A DNA stretch of 64,000 nucleotides from contig ML992506.1 in the NCBI GenBank assembly GCA_010093995.1, positions 1,167,109 to 1,231,108 of the forward strand, in the 5' to 3' direction. The DNA is from Elsinoe ampelina. Its lineage: Eukaryota. Each line of letters starts with the position of its first letter. Position 1 is the stretch's first letter. The translations under genes were made by a program, and so were the position numbers. The notes under the pieces were generated by a model. The model saw nothing but the letters and a program-made list of their open reading frames with translations, had not been told where the DNA came from and searched no databases. This document shows positions 22,352-33,560 of the stretch, one piece after another.

Positions 22352-25300
22352 GATGGTTTTGATGTGATATCTGATCGATATCGGATGTGATGTAACGTGC
22401 TGTGCAAGGTGTGGTTGTGAAGTCGAAGCTCAAATACTGTAACAAGTAAGCTCGGCTTGCTGTTTGACGCAACGAGGTGAAGGTTAAGTTTGTGAAAAGG
22501 GTCGGGTCGAATCACTGACGACAGAAAAGTAAATATAGGAGAAGCCGGGAGAGTGGGCAAAAAAAAATGTTTGTGGAACTGTGGCCCTTGAGTTGGTGCA
22601 TCATGCAGCTTGTTCAAAAGAAGTACAGGTAGCTTGCGCCGTTGCACAACCTAAGCTCAGACATTAGACTTCAATCGAGACCCAAACTGCCCGTACGCAT
22701 CTCGCTGGGATTATTCAAGCTCTGCATCTGACCCGAGTCACTACTGCTAGTCGCATCTTCAGCTGCAGCTACAGCTGCATGTCGCCTCGCATCACGTCAC
22801 AGGTACCTGTGAGAAGCTCGCAGGCGAGACACACCGTACTGTGGCCCGAGACGCAACCCGCAACAATGCATTAGATGCGATGGCCCGCTTGGTGGCGCTG
22901 CACGATTGCGGTGGAGGAAGGGAGGGGGCGCCACGTCTACCCCTCGGTCAATTGCAATTTGCAGTCCAAGAGCCAGGACGCGCAGCCAGGACGCGGAGCG
23001 GCCGTAGGGTGGTGAAGGAACAGCAAGGTCAGTAATCAGTGTGGAGAAGGTTGAGCACCGTGAGGTCAAGGTTGGTCTTCGGTACGGACGGTGCTGCAGA
23101 TCGCCCCGGCTGTTCCAGAGGTTCACCGATGTGCCTGAGGCCTCCCCGGTCCGCAGGAAACGACCCCGAGGCCAGCATTGGTTCAGCAAAAGGGCCTCCA
23201 TCTCACCCGAGGCCCACTCCCCGAAGCCCCGAATGTCGGCCTCGCCAGATTAGAATTAGGCCTCTTTCACGAATCGCGAGCCAATCAGGACTACGTGGAG
23301 TAGGACACCGGGACAGACAAGTGGAGGTGGAAAGAGCTAAGAGATGGCGCACAGCAGGATGAAGGAAAGTGGTACATCTCAAGATACACATGCAAGATAC
23401 AGAGGCGAGACTGAATATCTGTCCGACCTGAGACGACATTGGAACGATCTCTGCAGGTCCTTCCCTTCAGAAGCGCCCCCGAATACGCGGTACTTGAAGA
23501 GGAATGTCTTGGTACTGCGGTCGTCAACCATACCTTTCACTCGTCACGCCGCTTGTTGAAGATGCGGGCGCCAGCCTAGGATTCAGCGCCTTGGTGTCAC
23601 TACGAAAAGTATCTCTGCTCGAGCGAGTCGTTTGGGTAGTCTTGGGCCCGATTGCATAGAGCTTGCAGTAGCCTCGCATCTCCGCCAGCCACCAGCGGTC
23701 AACCCACAATAGCAAGACGACGCGTCCACGAAGCGTAAAGTTGCACTATCTACTACTGTATGTCGCGCCCGGCTGAGGACGAAACTCGGATCAATCTTGT
23801 CTTCGCTGACGTATAGACGACCAAGATGACCAGCACGACTTGCAATAACTCACTTTGGTGGGAATCTCTCCACCCAGCACTCGGTTCACTTCGGATCCAG
23901 GAGCCGAGCCAAACTACAGTACTGTCCGGCACGACGTCGACAAGCAAACACCCATCTCCACCCCCGGCACATTCTTACATGGGCCCAAAAGTGATCTTCC
24001 TTGCTGCGTCCGCTTCGCTAGTTAGTGGGTTCTATTGCATCGGGATCCATCGGTGTTAGACCAAAAGCGCCGCCTGCTTCACGCTGCATGCCTTGGTGTC
24101 ATATCCACCAACCACGTCTGGCCCATGAAAGTCTCGTCATTCAAGAGTTGTAAAAAAGCATCCAAACGATTAGAATCTACGCTGAAATCGAAATCTCTCA
24201 CCCCCGTCGAGTGGAAGCCACAAACCTCAACCGTACAGCTGTCAGTGAGCAGAGAATAATACTGGATTCTGGATCTTCTCCCTTTACCGCGCCGCTATCG
24301 CAAGGATCAATCTGGCATTCCACCTGGCGGCGCCAATACCGAGCAAATGCGCTTGCGTCAGTCCAAATGCATTGCCGGTGTTTGGAACACACCACACATG
24401 TGTTGAGAATTATTGGTGGCTGCAAACTCGAATCGCTGATGGTCCCGCGGGTTTTATCAGATGCCGCTTATCGCCGTGATGAGTCTGATTTGTCTCTCGC
24501 TACCTTCGCAAAGATGTATACGGCTGGTGCTACTGCCGGCTTGCTTGTCAAGCACACGTCTCAAGAGCCTCACAGGCGTGCTTGGATTAGATACATCCTC
24601 GCGACGTACGTTTCCTGTTGCCACGTCACCGCCCAGGTCAAAGTCCTTCCGTTTATACCCAGGCCATGCAACCACAGATCGTCGAGCATTTGCAACATCC
24701 ACGACGTCAAATTGCGCCGAAGTAGCAACCTTCCAGATTTCAATCTACTCAGCAACATGCAATATATTGGCAAATGTGGGATCAATCACTGCTGTGCCGC
24801 TCCAGAAACTTAATCGTCGTCCGGGAAATTTCGTTGGGATTCATGGCAGACCTTACTTGAATCGGTGGTCTTGGTGGTCAATTTCAATCACACCCCTCAA
24901 TCCTTCGGTCCTTGCTGCCTGACCTCCTGCCAGCCTCGAGTCGCATGCTCTCACTTCACCGCGCATCTGTGCCCTAAGCACAGCGGAATACCATGACCGT
25001 CGAATCCGATGTCGACTCATGCAACAGCGAAGCTATTCCAAGTCAGATGGAACAAGCACATTCAGACGCCTCGAACCTCACCGGTCTTCCCGATTAATGT
25101 CCGCTCACGATGGTCCTCATCATAGACCCACATGCATGTCCCAGGGAAACGGGTCGCACGCCCGACTGTTTACCTTCGCGACAACACCATCACAACTACC
25201 CGACGCTCGCAAACGTGAACGGTGTGTCAAAGATCGACTAGTAGAGCAACCACCACTTCATCCAAACACTCGCTTCCCTGATGCGTCATATCGCGTCTGT

Positions 25301-26242
25301 GGTCGCGGCATGTTCGTAGAACGACACGGCAGTATAATTTGACTGAAAGGAAGTGAGAAGCGCCACCGGGATCTCGATACTACTTGTCATCGGTAGGATT
25401 GCGCGAGTGAGCGGTCAACAGGATGTAAGCTCCGCACAGCTCTGCATGAACACTACTCCATGTGTTGGGTAATTTGAAGGTAGGAGACGAAAACACAATA
25501 GCTTAACGTGGCAGCCGATACCGCTCGCATGGTCGCCAACTAGAACAAGGAGAAACGAACACTGCGCGCCACTCTAGCCCAACACGAATCCGTCCCTGTG
25601 ACGCGTAATAGAAGAGGTCCGGCAAAACTAAGGATACACACGCGGGAGGACGCATCATGGACTCTTTTTACTTTCCAGGTCTGTTGATACTCGACGGGGC
25701 CACTGATGGTGACACGCTTGCAAGAGTAATTCAGCTTGGCGCATACCATCTTGAGCCTGTTTGATTTCTCGAATGCAAGATACGCTGATGACAGGGGCTG
25801 CATAGAACCCACTTGTCAAGCGGCTTGTATTCATGGCAACAGCTTCGTTGACTGATAAATGACACCTACTGGGCCGGAGCAATTCCCCACCGACAGCCTG
25901 CAGATATGACGCTGCTAGTGTATTGATGCCAAAGACGTATAGATGAAGACACGCCGCAATTTCCAGACGCGTGCTTTTGGCACTCCTGATTCAATGTTGT
26001 GCTGTCATTCGGTCCGACGACAACAAGACCATAGCATCCATGGACGGTGGTATGAAACTCGCATTGTTAGCTTGATCGGAGTCGGTGTGATAGGCCCGTG
26101 ATGCCCCTCTAAAGAGCACGTACGTGAAATGACGAATGGCGGCGAATACTCCGGAATACCTCGAGGTTGTTGACTCGTGTGACCTTTGCATTCTTCTCAA
26201 ATTGGGCAATGGCTCGAGCCACCTCGTTGGCTGGCAATTCTC

Positions 26243-27175
26243 TCACGAGACTGCCGAAGTAGACGACCTCAAAGTGTTCTTTACCCGAGCAATTTCCACA
26301 TCTTGCCACTCCAACGACCTCACGCTACCCACAACCGAGACCTTCGGGCACCATAGCGTCGTGAAACCCGCTCTTTCCACGCACTCCAGCGCCCTCCCAT
26401 AATTCGTACACAACTGCCCAACCCCATGACTATCATCACTAATCGTCAACCTCCCTCCCATCCCCCTCCACTCCTCCAATACCTCCCTCCTGGGATACAC
26501 ATCCTCCAAACCCTTCCTCAACGCCGCCGAATTCACCTCCAACACACCCCCATACCCCTTCGCCACCTTCAAATTCCTCACAATCCTCTCCCAAACCCCC
26601 TTCCACCCCCTCCAATCCCCATCCTTCCTCCCCGCCAACAACCTCACCAGATCAAAATGCGCCACCACCGGCGGTTCCCCCCGTAACATCTCGAGTTGCT
26701 CATCGAAATACCTCTCCGCCAACCCCTCGTCGTTTCCCCCGCACATATCCCTCGCCCGATCATACTCTCCCTGCGTGAAATCAATCGGCACCCCAGCAAC
26801 GTGGTGCACGCTGCCCAACCACAGATCAAACTCGTACTTGCTCCGAAGCTCCTCCATCACCCCCTCGGTGCGGCGGGAAGAGGAGATCCACTCCCCCTCA
26901 AACCCCACCAGCACCTGAATCCTGTCCGCGAACTCGTCCCGCAGCGCACAGGCCTCGGTGTGGTACGCCGCGAAGACGGCGAAGAGGTCCCCGTGGGTGA
27001 GCACGAGGGGGTGCGTCTCTTCGCCTGGGTAGAAGTCGGCGGGGTGGCGGGGGATGTGTTCCGTGAGACAGATTGTGGTGAGGCCGAGGGAGAGGGCGCG
27101 GAGGATCACTTCGCGCAGGGTGGAGGTGGCGTGGGTGCAGAATTGGCCGGAGTGGGTGTGGGTTGACCAGAGCAT
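26243..27175 (-). CDS. HIS2: Histidinol-phosphatase (PHP family)
   Basis: PHP metal-binding motifs STHTHSGQFC, LTEH, GFEGEW, GSVHHV, VVAHFDL, LEVNSAALRKG and SDDSHG. Confidence 0.92.
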   Translation of the reverse strand: MLWSTHTHSGQFCTHATSTLREVILRALSLGLTTICLTEHIPRHPADFYPGEETHPLVLTHGDLFAVFAAYHTEACALRDEFADRIQVLVGFEGEWISSSRRTEGVMEELRSKYEFDLWLGSVHHVAGVPIDFTQGEYDRARDMCGGNDEGLAERYFDEQLEMLRGEPPVVAHFDLVRLLAGRKDGDWRGWKGVWERIVRNLKVAKGYGGVLEVNSAALRKGLEDVYPRREVLEEWRGMGGRLTISDDSHGVGQLCTNYGRALECVERAGFTTLWCPKVSVVGSVRSLEWQDVEIARVKNTLRSSTSAVS

Positions 27176-27519
27176 GGTTGGGGGGGAGGGGGAGGAGGGT
27201 TTGGTGAGTGGGAGGGCGATGTTGTGGTGTTGGTTGCTTGGTGGTGGCGGGGAAATTTACTTGACGAGGAGATGTTGGGATGTCGATGCGTCTTCGGTGT
27301 CAGATTATGTATCCTGCTTTGAAGCATCGAAGGCAGCCGCAATCACTCTTCTGATTACTGTGTGGTCGCTGTGTGTGTTGGAGAGGTCGGCCGTGATCGG
27401 GTGCGACTCTCCGCAGAAAATGAAGCTGACGAAGCGATCTCACTCTCCCATTCTCACGACAAGACAGTGGCAGTTGACATCCAGCAGCGGATGCTCATTC
27501 TCGTGAGATTGTCGCCATA

Positions 27520-29045
27520 ATGGCAGCGACAGAGACTCGAGTGTGGAGGAAAAGTGATCTCTGACCTCCTACAATCGACGATGCTCGTGGCTGATCTGGA
27601 CAGACGGCGACGGACCGCTCAAGTCATGCAGCCTTTCCATCGTCGACTTGCTTGGACCTTGGACTCACGGGGAATGGCTCCGAGTTGCGTACTTGAGTAT
27701 CATACCTATCGTGTTGATAGCTTCTGACGTGAAGTAGACAGTGTTCGGTCACCCACAACCCGCCGTTTGATGAGATGCGTGAGCTTGAGCGGCGACTAGC
27801 ACTATCACAGTCGTTCTGGACAAGAGGGAGTGGCCATTATCGTATCAGCGGCTACTTTGGGGCGGACAGTCCTCCATCAAACATCAAAGGCACTTTTACC
27901 TACACTTCCGAAGCCCACTTTTTGTGGAAGCGAAGCATGCTATCAAGCAGCCTCCAGTCGCCCGGCATCGAGTGGATCTCAATGGGCGTTTTCGTGCACT
28001 GGGATTCGGATGGGCACACCTCGATTTTGCTGGAGTGCGAGGAGGTAGAAGCCACCAACTACTTGATCAAGGAGCTCTCCAACCGATTGGCCAAAGATAG
28101 CTGCCAGGCAGACCCATACGCCTCCCAAGCTCTCATACTCGAGCTCATGGTAGGCTTCTATGCGACGAATGTCGACGTCTGGCTAGGGTTTGTACGCTCT
28201 TTCGAGGCTCGACGACAGTACGGACTTGACGTCAGTGGCGAGCAGACGTACTCGATCGATGATCTGCCCAGGCACCTCAATCATTGTACCGAGTGTCTAG
28301 AGGTCACTGTTGGCGTGGTAGAGAGCATGATTGAAGAGCACACAGCTCTCCTTGCCGACTGTAACGACCTCGAGCAGCTAGATCCGGTTGTCCATCGGAG
28401 GACATCTCAGTCACTGAGGAAGTGCAGATCCCTGTTCCGCTCGCTTGTATTGCAAGCGAGATCTCTCGAATCTAGGATGCGGCATGAGGCTGAGTTGGTA
28501 TGTTCCTGCGATACTGGTAACCACTTCACAAGCTGATCCGGCACCAGGATCGCACATTCATAGCTAGGCAGGACAGTCGAACAGCAGCCAACATTGCTGC
28601 TCTCGCTCGAGCGGACAGTTCGTCAACAAAGACGATCAGCGTGCTGGGGTTGATCTTCTTGCCTACGACACTGGTCTGCGTAGGTCGATTCACATTGCAA
28701 GACTATCTGCATTCTACTTGTTGCTGACTATAGGTGTAGTCCATCTTCAGCACAACCTTCTTCACCCTGCAGCCTGCGGCACAACTCGGTGATATCTCTA
28801 CTAGACCCCCCTTCGGGTCTACTACCAGAAACGGTGTCACACTTTACTGGATCGTATCTGACCAGTTCTGGCTTCTCTGGCTGGTGTCCATTCCCTTGAC
28901 TTTGCTCACCGTACTCTGCTGGGCGCTCTTCACAGGTGTCAAGCTTCCGTCAGTCAGTAGGCTCGCAAACACGGCGACACGAAGACCTGGTAGGACGATC
29001 TCTTTCAATACGTGGGAGAAGGGTACCCCCAAGAACGCCAAATGA
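27520..29045 (+). CDS. Fungal CorA-like two-TM-domain protein, paralog A (four predicted introns)
   Basis: Spliced model MAATETRVWRKN|GDGPL...GPWTHGEWLRVA|QCSVTH...LSQSFW...ADSSSTKTISVLGLIFLPTTLVC|SIFSTTFF...VSDQFWLLWLVSIPLTLLT. The C-terminal TM pair is typical of CorA-like fungal proteins. Confidence 0.78.
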
Positions 29046-29776
29046 GAACGACCGGTGGACGTAGCTCACTTGCTGGGCGGATCTAGCAGAAAATGGCAGA
29101 GTACTGGTAGCTGGAACGAATCATTGACCATTCCACAGCCAGGGAGCTGTACCTTTGACAATGTACCAGCATGGTCAGAAAGGCAATCCTTCAAGTACTT
29201 GATGCCCCTACCACAACTTCCTGCCCGACTCACTCTACACACGAGCTGGCCCGCGTGCCGGGAGGTGAGTAGTGACAGTACTCAGAATGGGAGTTCCACA
29301 TCCGGATGGTACGTGCGGGGCACGACGTAGCACATCGGGTAACCGCGTAGTGTTCAACTTGAAGATACCATGGTAGCGGTGACTTGAGATCCGATGTGGA
29401 CACAAGATGAGAGGCAACAGCATGGCCATGAGGGGATGTGATGACGAGGCTACGTACGTAAATCATGCTACTGGACATAAATTCTATAGCAGCTACATGG
29501 TCAGCCATTTATGTGACTAGCATTTATATGGTTCAAACACGCGCATAGCTGAGCAATTGTGGCAAACTCAACCGAGCTGCGGGCGTCGTCCATAGATGAC
29601 GCAGAATTGATGTCTACACTCTGCTTCTCTACTGCTTTTCTACACCACTACTCAAATAACAACCACGACTGATGTGCTCGGTCGTGTACAAGTCAGAGCA
29701 CTGATCGACCTTGAGCCAATCAAAATGATTTGCGTGTTGGCATGTCAGCTGCGGCTGCAGCCAGGACGGTCGTGCA

Positions 29777-29822
29777 TACGGTAGCTTCCGCCAAAACCGT
29801 CAAAACCATCAAAACACTCAAA
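29777..29822 (+). repeat. Left terminal inverted repeat with 9-bp NNTCAAAAC sub-repeats
   Basis: TACGGTAGCTTCCGCCAAAACCGTCAAAACCATCAAAACACTCAAA. Confidence 0.92.
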
Positions 29823-30331
29823 TCCCCAAATCATCAAAGTTTGGAGGCCTCTAACTCCCTTAATTCTGTCAATATTGATATACAATTAACAGTAAATTGA
29901 TCAGATTAATCTATTCTATCATCCTCCAACTTCAAGCATTTTTTTTGAGCTGATTTTGGTGCTGGCGTAATTAGTGCGTGTTATAGCGGCTAGGCGGCGA
30001 GGTGCTTGGCACTCCGCCAGCACTCCTACCTCCAACACCTTGATATTACCTACATCATGCGACTGCGGCGGCGAATGCACTGCGAATACTGTCAGAATAG
30101 ATCTCTATTGTCCTCTATTTAAGCTGCTAAGAGTAAGGCTTAATCCGGTGGGTGTTTATTGTTCCTTGCCGCTTTTAGGTCTTTATATTGTTACTATTGT
30201 CACTATTGTCACTATTTAAACTAGCAACAATGATGGCAGCTTTAATATATATAAGCTTACAGTCACTATGTAGTTTAATTAGAACTCTGCTATACTATTA
30301 CGACCCTGTCAAATTTAATTAAATATTTACT

Positions 30332-31047
30332 ATAGCTAACACTACTAAAGTAACCTCTACTAAGTATGTATCACAGCATGTTCGCAGCTGGTTCGCTACT
30401 GACTTCGCCTTCTAGAAGATACAATCCACAAGCGCTAGACGCTACGATTAACAACGATCCCTATGCCTCTAATACCTCTAAGGAAACAACTAGTAACTCT
30501 AAGGCTATATATGTCTTTATAGCTCCTTAGGCTAGTGTTCGCCACTGATTCGCATAGCTACCCTATTACATACTCGTACCGCCGCCCTAAGACTGAGAAT
30601 CTAGCCAGATTTTGGTTTATCTCCGAGTTAAACTAGTTTAAGCTCGTTAACACCTGCGAGACTAGCGGCAACAAGTGTAGTAAGGACTTTATAACGCTCC
30701 GTATATACGACGCCATCGGCCGCATTATAGAGACAGACGAAGGCGGCATTAGCGAACGCGCCTGCGAACAGTATATAAAGGCAAACGAGCTGTGTGCTTG
30801 CTTCCTTAATAAGCCGTCTAAGTCGTGTATATACTACTGCCGCTACTATCGCTAGAGGTGCGCCCCTTAGCTTACAAAGGAGGAGCTAGAGGATTAGAAG
30901 CCGGTGACCGCGGGCCGCATTAAGGAGCTTAAGTAGAGAGTAGAGGCGCTAGAGAATAATACGCTCGCTACTAAGGCTAAGCTATAGTAGCTAAGGGATA
31001 GAATTACGGAACTTACGAATAGGCCTATAAACTAGTAGCGAACATAA
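30332..31047 (+). pseudogene. RIP-degraded transposon cargo gene: Zn2Cys6-like cluster followed by a coiled coil; introns 30364-30415 and 30509-30557
   Basis: The start reads actATAgct (from accATGgct). Intron 1 is gtatgt...ctgac...tag. Exon 3 reads C-E-Q-[TAT from TGT]-IKANEL-C-ACFLNKPSKS-C-IY-[TAC from TGC]-CRYYR*R-C, then RIKELK*RVEALENNTLATKAKL**LRDRITEL. All stops are TAA/TAG. Confidence 0.68.
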
Positions 31048-31167
31048 TACCTATATATTCTCCTAGAGTTTATAGACTATAATTTTACCCCCTTTACATT
31101 GCCTCCTCTAGTCGATATTAAATCGTGACTGTACGTACTACGAATTGCTTAGCGAACTACTAGCGAT

Positions 31168-31377
31168 TCTACTCGCACTGTCTACCTTGCACCGTCTAAC
31201 TCGTACACCGCTATCTAACTCGTTACCGCCGTCTAGCTCGCACTACTATCTAACTTGTCACCGCTGTCTAACTCGTATACTGCCGTCTAGCTCGCACTAC
31301 GAACTAGTCTACTACCTATCTAGCTCGCACTACGAACTGTTCTACTACTATCTAACTCGCACTATCTAATTCGTGCA
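31168..31377. repeat. Degenerate ~17-19-bp tandem repeat (core TCTARCTCGYAC) inside the transposon
   Basis: About ten copies such as gtctaactcgtacacc, atctaactcgttacc, gtctagctcgcactac and atctaactcgcactat. Confidence 0.75.
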
Positions 31378-31619
31378 CCCCTAACTAACACCTTTGCCCC
31401 TAACCCTACCCCTACTGCTACCCCTACCCCTACCCTCCCTCGCATCTCCCCTCTCTACCCTACTACCCTAATAGTAAGGCGGTGGGATGTAGTGGAGGGT
31501 ACTTGTACCCTCTACTACGTAGGGGGCTCTTGCCTCCCCTTCTCTCCTCTCTCCCCTCCGTAAAGAGGTTTTTTACTAGAAGAGAATTATCAGCAAGAAG
31601 AAGTATATATATAGGGTGT

Positions 31620-33250
31620 CAAACCACGCCTTACCCTTTTAGGCAAGCCTATAACCCTAGCATAGACTTGTAAGGCCTTTTAGCCTTATAGCCGGTGTAA
31701 CTACGGAGAGTGTAGTTAGTTAAATTAACTATAGTCTTTTAACGCTTACTAGCCTTAACCGAGTAATCGCTTCGTGTTCGCTTATGTATTCGAGGTTAAT
31801 ATGATTGCTTAGGCTCGTTAACTTACTCGTGCTGTTCTTAATGCTCCTTAGAGGTTGCCTTAGTCTTAATCCTTTACTCTGATTCTATAGACGACTTAGC
31901 TTTAAAGAGAGAGCTATATAGTAAGTTCATTAGCCTACCGAGGGTCTCCTTACTTAGCACTGCACGCTGTGGCTGCCGAGGGGTGTTAAAAGGTAGTAGA
32001 GGCTCGGCGGTACTATCTAAGTTAAAGAGATCGTCCTATACAGTCGATGACTTAACACTGCCGACTATGCTAGTCGGTATACTTGCAAGAAGGCTCCTAG
32101 CACGAAGCTAGAAGCGTAGAGTCTCTAGTAGTAGAGCTGGCACAGCGGCAGCAGGTGCGGCTAGTGAAGACTCTATAAGGTCGATAGTCTCCTTGCCGTC
32201 GACGAGCTAGCTAGGCTACTTCTCCTTCCCCTTTGCCCTAGCTACTAAAACTTGCTATGTGCGCTCCTCGATTAAGGCCTTAATCTTATCGTTAACCGAC
32301 AAGAGTTCCGGCTTAACATTAACGTCGTTAGAAGTATTCAAAAACGAGAAGTCGGTGTCCTCTATAAAAAGATTTTTATCCTACGAATTAGCCTTAATAT
32401 TCGCTTCGGTGTTTGTAGCTAGGGATATCGTCGTGTTTACATCGGCGTTCGTAGCGTGACTTAGAGATCCTAACCCTCTCCACGGATACTCTATATGCTC
32501 CTACTGTTCCTTCGACTTATCGTCCTTAGCTTATTTAATCACGACGTAAAGGAGATGCTCAATAGTAGTACGCTTCGATTTCGGCTTACGCGGGAGACTA
32601 ACTAACATCTTCTAGATGCTCGGCTACTAGAAGACGTTGTCGGCAATAGGTATAGCCTTATCGTCCTCTATTAGTACGAAATAGCGCTTCGTAAAGCGTA
32701 GTATTACTATTTCTAGATCGCGGATAGTAGGATTAGGGCAGTGACTATAGACTAAATTCAACAAGAAGGACGTTCTTTAGTAGTTACTCTCTAGTAATTC
32801 GGCATTAAACTCCGACGGCGTGATCTAGTCCGTCTACTTAGTTAGCTCTAGCTAAGAGACGATCTTCTTATAAGGCATACTATGCTTAAGCTTATACTCT
32901 ATCTCGATTGTTAGGCCGTAGAGGTGAAGTCTAATCCTTTGCTCTTTATTAGCCTTTAGTCCTTTAGGAGTTTCTTCGTTAGGCGAATCGTTTAGTAAGT
33001 CCTTATACGAACGCTAAGAGACTAGTAAAGATCCTACATGTGGCAATTGTGCTACTACGCCTTTAGCCTTTTTGCCCTTCTAGTATCTAGCACGCCTTGC
33101 TATATTGGCTTTAGTCGAGAGACTACTATATGCGGTTAGCGCCGGCGCTATAGATCGCTTTATATTCGCCGCTATAATCGCGAGTTAGTCTATGTTAGCC
33201 TAAGATAGCGCGCGAGTTAGACTACTAGATAGTGCGCGAGATAGACTAGC
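31620..33250 (-). pseudogene. RIP-degraded second ORF of the transposon, unknown function (boundaries approximate)
   Basis: One continuous minus-strand frame follows a ctaac...tag intron acceptor at ~33251 and is interrupted only by TAA/TAG. Segments include ANIARRARY*KGKKAKG, RIRLHLYGLTIEIEYKL and an acidic/Ser-rich region, ending near KRPYKSMLGL. Confidence 0.6.
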
Positions 33251-33560
33251 CTATACAGGTTAGCACTAAGGCTCTTCTAGCGTTAATGCTGTGCTTGCTT
33301 GTTAATAGTTTAGATTAGTCTTATAGCAAATAGAACACTCAGCGAGGTGTCTATATTTAACTACGTAATTAGAGCCTTTATATTTGTAAAAAGGTGCCTA
33401 AGAAGGTAGCGGCATCTCGCTAGTAGTAACAAACAAACAATATAGTAGTAATAAGCAAAAACCGTAGAGAAAATAGAGTAGGAAAGCCCTAGTATATTAG
33501 AGAGGGGATTTAATATACATGAGTTAGATGTTCGTAGTGTGTTTACTCGGCGTTTGCGAT

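Noticed and set aside
30186..30216. 9-bp tandem repeat ATTGTYACT x3
   Set aside because: It is too short to interpret; a local repeat within the transposon.
31396..31470. Telomere-like CCCTAA repeats
   Set aside because: There is no tandem CCCTAA array. Most units are CCCTAC, likely RIP-mutated C-rich sequence.
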